Shown: in pieces, positions 18,938-27,099 of the stretch | How the letters are laid out: the number at the start of each line of letters is the position of its first letter | Numbering within the stretch: the stretch's first letter is position 1 | DNA from: Candidatus Iainarchaeum sp. | GTDB taxonomy: Archaea > Iainarchaeota > Iainarchaeia > Iainarchaeales > JAGVWC01 | Assembly (NCBI GenBank): GCA_018304465.1 | Contig: JAGVWC010000011.1 | Coordinates: 32,001-96,000, forward strand | Direction of reading: 5' to 3' | DNA: 64,000 nt | Position numbers and translations under genes: made by a program | The notes under the pieces: generated by a model | What the model was told of the DNA's origin: nothing | The model's input: only the letters and a program-made list of their open reading frames with translations | Databases searched by the model: none

Positions 18938-19834
18938 ATGGCACCACGACCATTGCTTGGAAGATTCGGAAAAAAACCCGGGAAAACAGGTTCGCCGAAA
19001 ACACCTGAACAGTCCAGTCAATCCGGTGTTGCAGCAAAATATGTTGGAAAGATTCCTGTCGGAACCGTTCGAAGCTATTTGGGCCGGCATCAAATAAAAC
19101 AAAAAGGCACTCCAACAGGTTTATCTCCCGAAGGAGAAGGCCGTGCAAGTGAAGCGCTTTTGCCTGGATTAAAAAGCGGACGCCAATATCGGGTCACTAC
19201 TTCCACGAATGATCGCGCCTTCCATACCGGTCGATTGGGTGCGGAAGCGTACCGACGCCTCGGGGGACGCGCCAACACCGGGGCCGTGCTAAATGACCGT
19301 CGAGTGGCAAAACGCGTCGATCACATCGTCAAAGGCAAGCCAACGCGTGGACGCGTCCTTAAATCCATGAGCGCGGATCATGTTTTACCCGAACCTCAAC
19401 TCACGGAATACATGAACATCATCGAAGAACTGAAAGCTCAAGACAAACGACTAAATGACACCACTGCCGAGGAAAAACTCCTCGTAGATTGGGCTATGCA
19501 TGGAAAATACGCGCGTCGCATCGGAGATCCGATCAAAATCACTGATAATATCATCCTGGATACATTGCAGCTGGGAAAAGAAGTCAGCAAGCGCGGCGGG
19601 CAAAACATCGAACTGCGAAACGTGTCTCACAGCGGTTTCGTTGAAATGGTTTTCATGCGTTTAACCGGACGAGATTACCGTGAAACCGGAAAAGGCATGG
19701 TTGAACCCGGAGAAGGACTTCTCGTTCATTTTCTTCCCGAAGGAAAAGCCGTGCTTGAATATCGCGACAAACAATTCGACGTAACCAAAAAATTAAACCA
19801 GATCATTAAGAGCGCCCGCAGCAAGTATCGCTAA
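18938..19834 (+). CDS. Divergent histidine phosphatase (phosphoglycerate mutase-like) fold protein with basic N-terminal extension
   Basis: YLGRHQ (RHG-like), LSPEGEGRA, TSTNDRAFHTG and VSHSG motifs in canonical order. Confidence 0.62.
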   Translation: MAPRPLLGRFGKKPGKTGSPKTPEQSSQSGVAAKYVGKIPVGTVRSYLGRHQIKQKGTPTGLSPEGEGRASEALLPGLKSGRQYRVTTSTNDRAFHTGRLGAEAYRRLGGRANTGAVLNDRRVAKRVDHIVKGKPTRGRVLKSMSADHVLPEPQLTEYMNIIEELKAQDKRLNDTTAEEKLLVDWAMHGKYARRIGDPIKITDNIILDTLQLGKEVSKRGGQNIELRNVSHSGFVEMVFMRLTGRDYRETGKGMVEPGEGLLVHFLPEGKAVLEYRDKQFDVTKKLNQIIKSARSKYR

Positions 19835-19860
19835 CGGCACTCCTTTTTTTTTATTTTTTA

Positions 19861-20271
19861 TTAATTATTGTCCCTACTCCGTAACTCATATATTTTTTGG
19901 AGAATATTATCCAAATGCTCATGCACCAATGTCTGATCTCGCACAATCGCTTTTACACTTTCCGGAACTACAAATCCTTTTCGAACATCGCTTCGCAATG
20001 CCTTTTGGAACGCAAGGGTCATGTCTTCTATTCGACTACGGGCATTTTCTAGATATCGAATAGCAGGATCTTTTTTTTTCCACTCTGTCGGAATCGATGA
20101 AGAATGAAGACGCCGGAGAATCTCAGCCTCAATAACACGCATATTCCGTTGGATTTCTTGCATTGGATAATCTCGTTCGACCGCGCTATGAACCCGCGTC
20201 ATAATTTCTCTTCGCCTGTCAGCTACCTTTTCACGCAACTGAGGTCGACGCATCGGTTTTCTGGACTTCAT
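19861..20271 (-). CDS. Hypothetical basic helical protein
   Basis: 136-aa ORF with ATG start, K/R-rich N-terminus, fills the gap between genes. Confidence 0.6.
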   Translation of the reverse strand: MKSRKPMRRPQLREKVADRRREIMTRVHSAVERDYPMQEIQRNMRVIEAEILRRLHSSSIPTEWKKKDPAIRYLENARSRIEDMTLAFQKALRSDVRKGFVVPESVKAIVRDQTLVHEHLDNILQKIYELRSRDNN

Positions 20272-20324
20272 TTAACCACCGGTGTATTTTAGGTTTATAA
20301 TCTTACTTGTCTCCAACAACACCT

Positions 20325-21740
20325 TTATTTCTTTTCGATGACTGTTATAGAACCGTGATTCGCTTTTACTTGAACGATCCAACCATCTTTAAGCACCCGC
20401 GTCGCGTTTTTGGTGCCGATCACGCACGGAATTCCCAATTCGCGGGAAATGATTGCCGCGTGACTCGTAATTCCCCCTTCATCGGTTACAATCGCAATCG
20501 CTTTTTTCATCGCCGGAACAAATTCTGGTCTTGTCATGCTGGTCACCAAAACCTCGCCTTCTTTTAATTCCGCGATGGAATCCAGCGTCCGAAGAATCCG
20601 AACGGGCCCCGTGGCGATTCCCAAGGAAGCGCAGGTTCCGTTTAATACCTCCACTTCGTCCAAACGGGTTTTAAACCGTTGTTGATACTCCAAAAAATCC
20701 GAATGATCAAAAATCATTACGCCTTGGGAATGCTCGATTCCGATGAACCCTTTTTTTCGCCTTTGGCCCAAGGATTCGAGTTCACGGTTTTTCAATCCTT
20801 TTAGCGAAACTTCTTCGCCGGTCAGATACTGGATAGCCACCGGATCGACTCCAAACCGCCTCGCCAATTCGTTGACGATCAACTGGCAACCAAACACCCC
20901 GCGAAAAATGTTTTTCTTTCGCTCGTCCTGCCATTGCGTGACAAAATCCGTCCATTCCACCCATTGACGCTGCGCATCGGAAAAGCCGTACCGAGCCATT
21001 AACGCCTCTTTTTTGTGCCGAATCTCTGAAAGATCCGGTTTTGAAAACGATTCAAGCCCATCCGCCATTTTTTCCACATCGGACTCGGACAAAACCTCGC
21101 TTCCCGCATACGAGGTTTCCGACCAAAAAAAATCCTTCAAAAACCGCTGAATCAACGCTTTTTTTTCCTTGGCGCCTGCGTTTTTGATTTGCCAGAGCAA
21201 TTCTTCTTTTTGAGATACAAAGGAGTGCGACAAGGGTGTTGTGAGAGCGGAAAAATCCTCATTTGACTGTGTGCCGGTGACGCCCTTGAAGAGTTCGTGG
21301 CGCATTCGATGCTCTAACGCCAAGGCCAGACTTTCGATCACATGCGATGATCCGACGGTTACTCCGCGGCTAACCCAATGACGCTTGGAAAGATCTATCA
21401 ACGCGTCATCAGGTAATTTGGTCAAATCGCTTTCCGCCGCCGCAAAAACGGGTTCTTGATCCGCGACTTGCCGGTCGTAAACGCGCCGAAGCGCCTGCAA
21501 ATACGATGGGTCCTTTTTCAATTCGGAAAAAATCCGATTCGCAATCGCATCCAAATCTTTTTGCGGGTACTTCCATTCACAATAATCCTCTTCATACGTG
21601 GCCAAAATCGCATGGTAGGAATACCCCATGGTTTTTTGCATGACCGGCAATCCACCCACCCCAATCATGAAAATCGGGCGTCCCGGACAGCTTTGGGTAT
21701 ACCATTCTTGGGACAAATATTTTTTCAGTACCGGGTTCAT
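20325..21740 (-). CDS. Phospho-His swivel domain protein, paralog P4
   Basis: [40 protein letters not shown]. Confidence 0.88.
   Translation of the reverse strand: MNPVLKKYLSQEWYTQSCPGRPIFMIGVGGLPVMQKTMGYSYHAILATYEEDYCEWKYPQKDLDAIANRIFSELKKDPSYLQALRRVYDRQVADQEPVFAAAESDLTKLPDDALIDLSKRHWVSRGVTVGSSHVIESLALALEHRMRHELFKGVTGTQSNEDFSALTTPLSHSFVSQKEELLWQIKNAGAKEKKALIQRFLKDFFWSETSYAGSEVLSESDVEKMADGLESFSKPDLSEIRHKKEALMARYGFSDAQRQWVEWTDFVTQWQDERKKNIFRGVFGCQLIVNELARRFGVDPVAIQYLTGEEVSLKGLKNRELESLGQRRKKGFIGIEHSQGVMIFDHSDFLEYQQRFKTRLDEVEVLNGTCASLGIATGPVRILRTLDSIAELKEGEVLVTSMTRPEFVPAMKKAIAIVTDEGGITSHAAIISRELGIPCVIGTKNATRVLKDGWIVQVKANHGSITVIEKK
20353..20393. repeat. 41-bp exact direct repeat, copy 1 (copy 2 at 21964-22004)
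   Basis: CCGTGATTCGCTTTTACTTGAACGATCCAACCATCTTTAAG is identical in the 3' ends of P4 and P5. Confidence 0.9.
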
Positions 21741-21920
21741 ACAAATTCCCTTTTCTCGATCACGTTGGAGTTATTTTCGTCGGCGATCATGGCTACGACT
21801 TTTCTCTGAATCCGATATTCTGCCATGAGAGATACCTGTCTTTCCCGCTGCATATAACGTCATACGAGTTACCCTTCGGTCTTTTCGGTTCTGATTCTGC
21901 CAAAGGTTGAACGAGGTCGT

Positions 21921-23360
21921 CTAGGCATTGAATTTACCCCTTTTCTCCAATACCACGATTTGTCCGTGATTCGCTTTTACTTGAACGATCCAACCATCTT
22001 TAAGAACTTTAGTAGCGCTCTTGGTCCCGATCACACAAGGTATTCCGAGTTCTCTTGAAACAATGGCCGCATGGCTTGTGATCCCGCCTTCGTCAGTGAC
22101 GATCGCAACGGCTTTTCGCATCGCAGGAACGAATTCCGGTCGCGTCATCGATGTAACCAATACTTCGCCGTCTTTCATCGAACCAATCGACGACACCGTG
22201 GTGAGTACCCGAACCGGTCCTGTCGCAGTTCCCAAAGACGCGCATTGCCCATAAAGCGTTTCCAGATCATCATGCTTGGAATGAAATTGCTGGTCAAAAA
22301 ACTCGGCATCGGCTTGGTCCAGGAACGTCGTTTGGTTGCCCAGTTTCACATAAAGACATTTTTTTTGGCGTTTTTTTGATTTTTTCTGAAGAGAACCGTT
22401 TCGAATCGATTGAAGAGAAATTTCCCAGGGCAACACGTAATCCAGATCTCTTTTCGGAATCGAATACCTGCGTGCCAACTCGTCTTGGAATTTGGCAAGC
22501 AAGCACACACCTCTTAAAATTTCCCGTTTTCGCTGATCCTGCCAATCCGTCAAAAAATCAATCCATTCGACGATATTTCGTTGCTTAACCGAAAAATCCA
22601 GTTTCGTCATGACCTTGGTTTTTTCGGTTTGAATTTTTTTCGCATCCGGTGTTTTTACTTCGGGAATTTTTTCGGCGGTGGACAAAATCTCTTCTTTGGT
22701 CCATTGTTTGGGACCCGCGTATCCTCCGTCCGCCCAGAAAAACGTCTTCAGAAACCGGTCTACCCGCTCCGAACGCTTTTTTCCCTTGGAGATCCGAATG
22801 TCAAACAACGCTTGGTCTCGCAGCAAGGCAAAAGAAGGTTTGGTGGGGGTTGTCAGATTCACAAAATAAAGATTCACGTTTTCCGGAACGGTTTTTTCTT
22901 TGATGCCGTGTCGCAAATCGCGCTCAAGACGGATTGAGATGCTCTCGATTAAATGCGCAATTCCGATCACGGCATTGATATGGCGGCCCACGAACTCCAA
23001 CCGATCGAATAATTCTTCTTCGGAAAATTTTGACAAGTCTTTTTCAAGCAGGCCATTCGAAAAAAACCATCTCACTTCGGCAGCCCATTTTTTTCTTTGT
23101 TTTTCCAGGTATTTCGGATCCTTTGTCAGTTCTTTTTCGATCCGATCGGAATTGCGCTCGAGGTCAGCTAATCCATAATTGGCTTCCACGTAATCAATTT
23201 TGAAAAAAAAGAAGAAATCGGTATAGGTGAACCCCAGACCGTTTTTCATGTGATCGAACGGCTCTTCAATGTATCCGAACGGAACGATGAAAAACGGTTT
23301 TCCTGGAGTGGCCCCGGTGTACCACTTACGTGCCAGCATGCGATTAATGATTGGATTCAA
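21921..23360 (-). CDS. Phospho-His swivel domain protein, paralog P5
   Basis: [43 protein letters not shown] start at 23360 (MNPIINRML, compare P4 MNPVLKKYL) overlaps the P6 stop. Confidence 0.87.
   Translation of the reverse strand: MNPIINRMLARKWYTGATPGKPFFIVPFGYIEEPFDHMKNGLGFTYTDFFFFFKIDYVEANYGLADLERNSDRIEKELTKDPKYLEKQRKKWAAEVRWFFSNGLLEKDLSKFSEEELFDRLEFVGRHINAVIGIAHLIESISIRLERDLRHGIKEKTVPENVNLYFVNLTTPTKPSFALLRDQALFDIRISKGKKRSERVDRFLKTFFWADGGYAGPKQWTKEEILSTAEKIPEVKTPDAKKIQTEKTKVMTKLDFSVKQRNIVEWIDFLTDWQDQRKREILRGVCLLAKFQDELARRYSIPKRDLDYVLPWEISLQSIRNGSLQKKSKKRQKKCLYVKLGNQTTFLDQADAEFFDQQFHSKHDDLETLYGQCASLGTATGPVRVLTTVSSIGSMKDGEVLVTSMTRPEFVPAMRKAVAIVTDEGGITSHAAIVSRELGIPCVIGTKSATKVLKDGWIVQVKANHGQIVVLEKRGKFNA
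21964..22004. repeat. 41-bp exact direct repeat, copy 2
   Basis: Identical to 20353-20393. Confidence 0.9.
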
Positions 23361-24832
23361 CGATCGTCCCCCACCTTGCGGATAATTCCGTGATTCGCGT
23401 TCACTTCGATCAAATCGCCCGTCTGAATCGCCTTGGTGGCGTTTCCCGTGCCGATAACACACGGTTTTCCGAGTTCTCGCGAAATAATCGCGGCGTGACA
23501 CGTGATCCCTCCCAGTTCGGTAACGATCGCGCCCGCTTTTTTCATCGCGGGAACAAATTCAACCGAAGTCATCGTCGTGATCAATACTTCGCCGGCTTTG
23601 AAAAGAGAAATTTCCCTCGAATTTAAGAGCACCCGCGCGCGACCAACAAAAATCCCCGGTGACGCCGCGGTTCCTTTCATCACCTGATGCTCAAAATCTG
23701 TTTTTTTCGATATTTTTTTTTCAAGATCCGCGATTTCGCTTTCCGAAAGAAAACGATACGCTCCGTTTTCCACAATAAACGCGCTTTTTTCGATTCGCTT
23801 GGACAACTCCGCGGCTTTCGGCCCGTCTCCGCGAATAATGTTTTGCAGTTCCGAAACCGTCGCGTAATGCAGTTCCCGTTCAGAAATGTTTCGCCGCTTT
23901 CCGATTTCTTCAAGCAAACGGCCAAATCCGACATTCGCGATCGAAATCCGCTCTTTTTTCAAGTCGCCATACAAAAAAGCGATTTGCCGGATATTTTCAA
24001 AAAGAATCTCCAATTCAAGCGGAAGATTCGTCCGATTTTGGATTTCGCGCAGCCGTTTCGACGCGTTTTCCTCCAGATGCTCAAAGTCAAAAATCCGTTT
24101 TTTTCGCTCCGAAACCGGAATCGCCTGCAAGCAGTCCAATTCTTCGTGCACCATTTTTTCGTCCAGAATGGGGCCGTAGTAATCATAGGTTAGAAAATAA
24201 AACCGTTTGGCGTGAAGCCGAATCGCTTCTTTTTTTCGATCCTCTTCTTTGATCAACGAAATCGCCAAAAGGCTTTCTTCGGCGCGCGCGACAAAACTTT
24301 TATGAACCGGGTTGGCCAAGACCGAAAAAATTTCCGCGATTTCCGATTTCTTGAAATTCTTGTTTTCTTTGGCCAAAAAAACGGCTAAACGGTCCTGTAC
24401 CAACTGGTGTCCGCGAATCTCCAGCGAAAAATTCGCGGGTTCCGTCCAATACTCGGACTCGATGTAAATCCGAACTGCTTCGTTGAAAAGCGTTTCCAAA
24501 TCCGCGTCCGAAAAATTTTCCAAGCGTTCATTCAATACCGCGGGATCGATCAGTTCCAGCAATTGTTTTGCGTTTCGTAAAAAGTTGTTGCGCAACGGCT
24601 CAATGATTCCTCTTTGATGGGACAATCGCTCGACAACTGCGTTGGCCACGGTTTCCATTTGGTCCGGCAGCCAATACCACGTGCTCTGCCCGTTTTCAAT
24701 CAAACAAAAAAAACCCGAAAACGCCATGGGGACGCCAAGCGAACGATCCATCGTCTGGTTGTAGGATGACGCCATGACTCCCGTTGGAAAAGGCGGCGCG
24801 GAACTCGAATACACTTTGACAAGATTCTCCAT
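23357..24832 (-). CDS. Phospho-His swivel domain protein, paralog P6
   Basis: GTAASPG...MTSVEFVP...[33 protein letters not shown]. Confidence 0.88.
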   Translation of the reverse strand: MENLVKVYSSSAPPFPTGVMASSYNQTMDRSLGVPMAFSGFFCLIENGQSTWYWLPDQMETVANAVVERLSHQRGIIEPLRNNFLRNAKQLLELIDPAVLNERLENFSDADLETLFNEAVRIYIESEYWTEPANFSLEIRGHQLVQDRLAVFLAKENKNFKKSEIAEIFSVLANPVHKSFVARAEESLLAISLIKEEDRKKEAIRLHAKRFYFLTYDYYGPILDEKMVHEELDCLQAIPVSERKKRIFDFEHLEENASKRLREIQNRTNLPLELEILFENIRQIAFLYGDLKKERISIANVGFGRLLEEIGKRRNISERELHYATVSELQNIIRGDGPKAAELSKRIEKSAFIVENGAYRFLSESEIADLEKKISKKTDFEHQVMKGTAASPGIFVGRARVLLNSREISLFKAGEVLITTMTSVEFVPAMKKAGAIVTELGGITCHAAIISRELGKPCVIGTGNATKAIQTGDLIEVNANHGIIRKVGDDR

Positions 24833-24834
24833 GA

Positions 24835-26292
24835 CTAGTTCGCCTTAACCTTGCGCACGTACCCGTGATTCGCGTTGACCTCAACCAAGTCCCCGTCTTG
24901 AAAAGTTTTGGTCGCGACTTGCGTTCCGATGATGCATGGAATTCCCAGTTCGCGGCTTACGATCGCGGCGTGGCTGGTGATGCCGCCTTCGTCGGTCACG
25001 ATTGCGGAGGCTTTTTTCATCAAGGGGACGAATTCGGGTCTTGTCATTCCCGTCATCAAAACGTCGCCTTCGCGAAACTTCGAAAACGCGTTGATGTTAA
25101 GAATAATCTTCGCGGGTCCCGTTGCTTTTCCAAGCGACGCCACGGCGCCATACACGGTTTCTTGCCCCGAAAACGACCGCTCGATCCGATCGAACAATTC
25201 GGCGGCTTGGTTGGTTTCCACCAAATAATCGCCGGGTTGATCGAGCTCGATCAGCCAAACGCCTTGTTTCACCCGCATTTTCAAGGTCTCCAAAAGGTTT
25301 GGATCGCCTTCGACAAAGGCTTTGTATTCCAAAAAAGGAATCACGAAATCGCTTTCAAACATCGGGATGCCTTTTTTTTCGGCAATGCCGTGAAAAAAAC
25401 CAATGACCCCCCAATTGGCGATGTTGGTGAATTTTTTGCGAACATCGCGAAAAAACGCCAGGTCCGCGAATTGCTGAATCCGCGCACGCGTTTGTTCGTC
25501 AAAACCGTATTTTTCAATAATCTTTTTTTTCTTGTCTTTCAATTCTTTCCAAAACGCGTTTTGGTGTTTTTCGGATAGCCGGGCAAAGAAAAAATCTTCT
25601 CCAAGCACCGTTGCGGTCTGGTAATTGTTTTCGATCCACCAGAAATTTTTCTGATGCGCCGAAAGCATTTCCGAAACTGCGTCCGAAAGTTGCTTTCCGT
25701 CTTTTTCAAATTGCTGCTGGATTTTTTCAAACGATTTTTGTTCTTCCCACAAAAAAGTCGTGTCCGGCAACAGCAAGGTCTGCAGATCCGCCGCGCTCAC
25801 TTCGGACAACCGATTTCCGAAGATGTACTTTAGAATTTCTTTTTCGAACGGATCGAACAAATCAATGAAAAGCGAACACGCCCAGCGTTTGAATTCCTGA
25901 TCGAGAAATTTTCCGAATTCGTCCACGCATTTTTGCTGGGTTTTTTCGGAAAAATTCTTTCCAAGTTCAGCGACTCCAAAAGACCGTTCTTCCAGTCCTT
26001 TCCCAAACCCGTTGTGACGCTTGAGTTGTTGTTTTACCCACGAAGGGTTTTTGGTCATTTTTTCCAGCAACTGCAGTACCAGTCGCTTGCCATGGTCAAT
26101 GGGCCAATACATGAACGCGGATTGGATCGGGCTTACGTATACCGCTGTGTTAAGCAGCCAGATTCCGTCCGAAAGATCCGAATACCTAGGCAAAGACAAG
26201 GTGGCTGCCGGCAGCATGATCGTAATGGTCAACGAAGGCGCGCTTTGCTTGTAGTAGGAACGGCGGGCGATTTTCTCCAATTCAGGATTCAT
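24835..26292 (-). CDS. Phospho-His swivel domain protein, paralog P7
   Basis: [43 protein letters not shown] 26292 (MNPELEK) matches the P4/P5 N-termini. Confidence 0.88.
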   Translation of the reverse strand: MNPELEKIARRSYYKQSAPSLTITIMLPAATLSLPRYSDLSDGIWLLNTAVYVSPIQSAFMYWPIDHGKRLVLQLLEKMTKNPSWVKQQLKRHNGFGKGLEERSFGVAELGKNFSEKTQQKCVDEFGKFLDQEFKRWACSLFIDLFDPFEKEILKYIFGNRLSEVSAADLQTLLLPDTTFLWEEQKSFEKIQQQFEKDGKQLSDAVSEMLSAHQKNFWWIENNYQTATVLGEDFFFARLSEKHQNAFWKELKDKKKKIIEKYGFDEQTRARIQQFADLAFFRDVRKKFTNIANWGVIGFFHGIAEKKGIPMFESDFVIPFLEYKAFVEGDPNLLETLKMRVKQGVWLIELDQPGDYLVETNQAAELFDRIERSFSGQETVYGAVASLGKATGPAKIILNINAFSKFREGDVLMTGMTRPEFVPLMKKASAIVTDEGGITSHAAIVSRELGIPCIIGTQVATKTFQDGDLVEVNANHGYVRKVKAN

Positions 26293-26323
26293 TTGGTTCA
26301 CTATCAAGCAATCCGTTTTGAAT

Positions 26324-26983
26324 TTATATTTCTATTTCCTGCCCCGGTTTTAAGGGTTTGCATGCGATTCCCAATTTTTCAAGCCGGGATTTGAAATCGT
26401 TTTCGTCCGCATTAATCATCGGAAACGTATTGAAATGAATCGGAATCACGAGTTTTGGAGAAAGCGCTTGGGCCGCATGAACGGCTTCTTCGATTCCCAT
26501 GGTGAAACGATCGCCGATCGGCAAAAAAGCGACATCGATCGAAAAACGCTCGCCGAGATTTTTCATTCCGGAAAAAAACGAGGTGTCGCCGGCGTGATAC
26601 ACGGTTTTCCCGTTTTTTCGCAGGATGAAACCCGACGGATTGCTCGACGCCGAGTGAAAGGCCTTGGTCATGAAAATCGACCAGTCTTTGACCGAAATCT
26701 GGCCGCCCACGTTCATCATCTCGACTTTGGTTCCTTTGGCGGCGTATTGTACCGCCAGCTCAAAACCCGTAACAACCGTTGCGTCGTTTTCTTTCGCGAG
26801 CGCTTCCGCGCCCAAATGATGATCGAGGTGATCATGGCTGATGCAAATCAGGTTTGTTTTGCGGTCCGCAGCAGTGAAGACATGCGAATTCTTAAGTCCC
26901 ATTCCCGGCATTTCGTCGGTCCACGGATCCACGATCAAATCGTCTATTTTGACACTGGCGTGGCCCAGATATTTGAGTAACAC
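26324..26983 (-). CDS. UPF0173-like metallo-beta-lactamase fold hydrolase
   Basis: YLGHAS, VDPW, SHDHLDHH, YHAGDT, LPIGDRFTMG, IPIHFNTF. GTG start with GGGGGA upstream. Confidence 0.88.
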   Translation of the reverse strand: MLLKYLGHASVKIDDLIVDPWTDEMPGMGLKNSHVFTAADRKTNLICISHDHLDHHLGAEALAKENDATVVTGFELAVQYAAKGTKVEMMNVGGQISVKDWSIFMTKAFHSASSNPSGFILRKNGKTVYHAGDTSFFSGMKNLGERFSIDVAFLPIGDRFTMGIEEAVHAAQALSPKLVIPIHFNTFPMINADENDFKSRLEKLGIACKPLKPGQEIEI

Positions 26984-27099
26984 TGAAATTCCCCCATTCA
27001 CCCGACTGCGGGCTATACAGATATCCGCGCCCAAGGAATAAAAGACTGGTCCGCTATATGACGGAATTGGATGCGGGTGACGCGTCCCTCTGAACCTCC

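Noticed and set aside
23361-23501. N-terminal extension of P5 in the ORF track
   Set aside because: It overlaps the P6 swivel domain. TTG at 23360 gives a start homologous to P4 and P7.
20325-26292. Diversity-generating retroelement acting on the paralogs
   Set aside because: No reverse transcriptase and no template/variable repeat pair with adenine-specific mismatches was seen.
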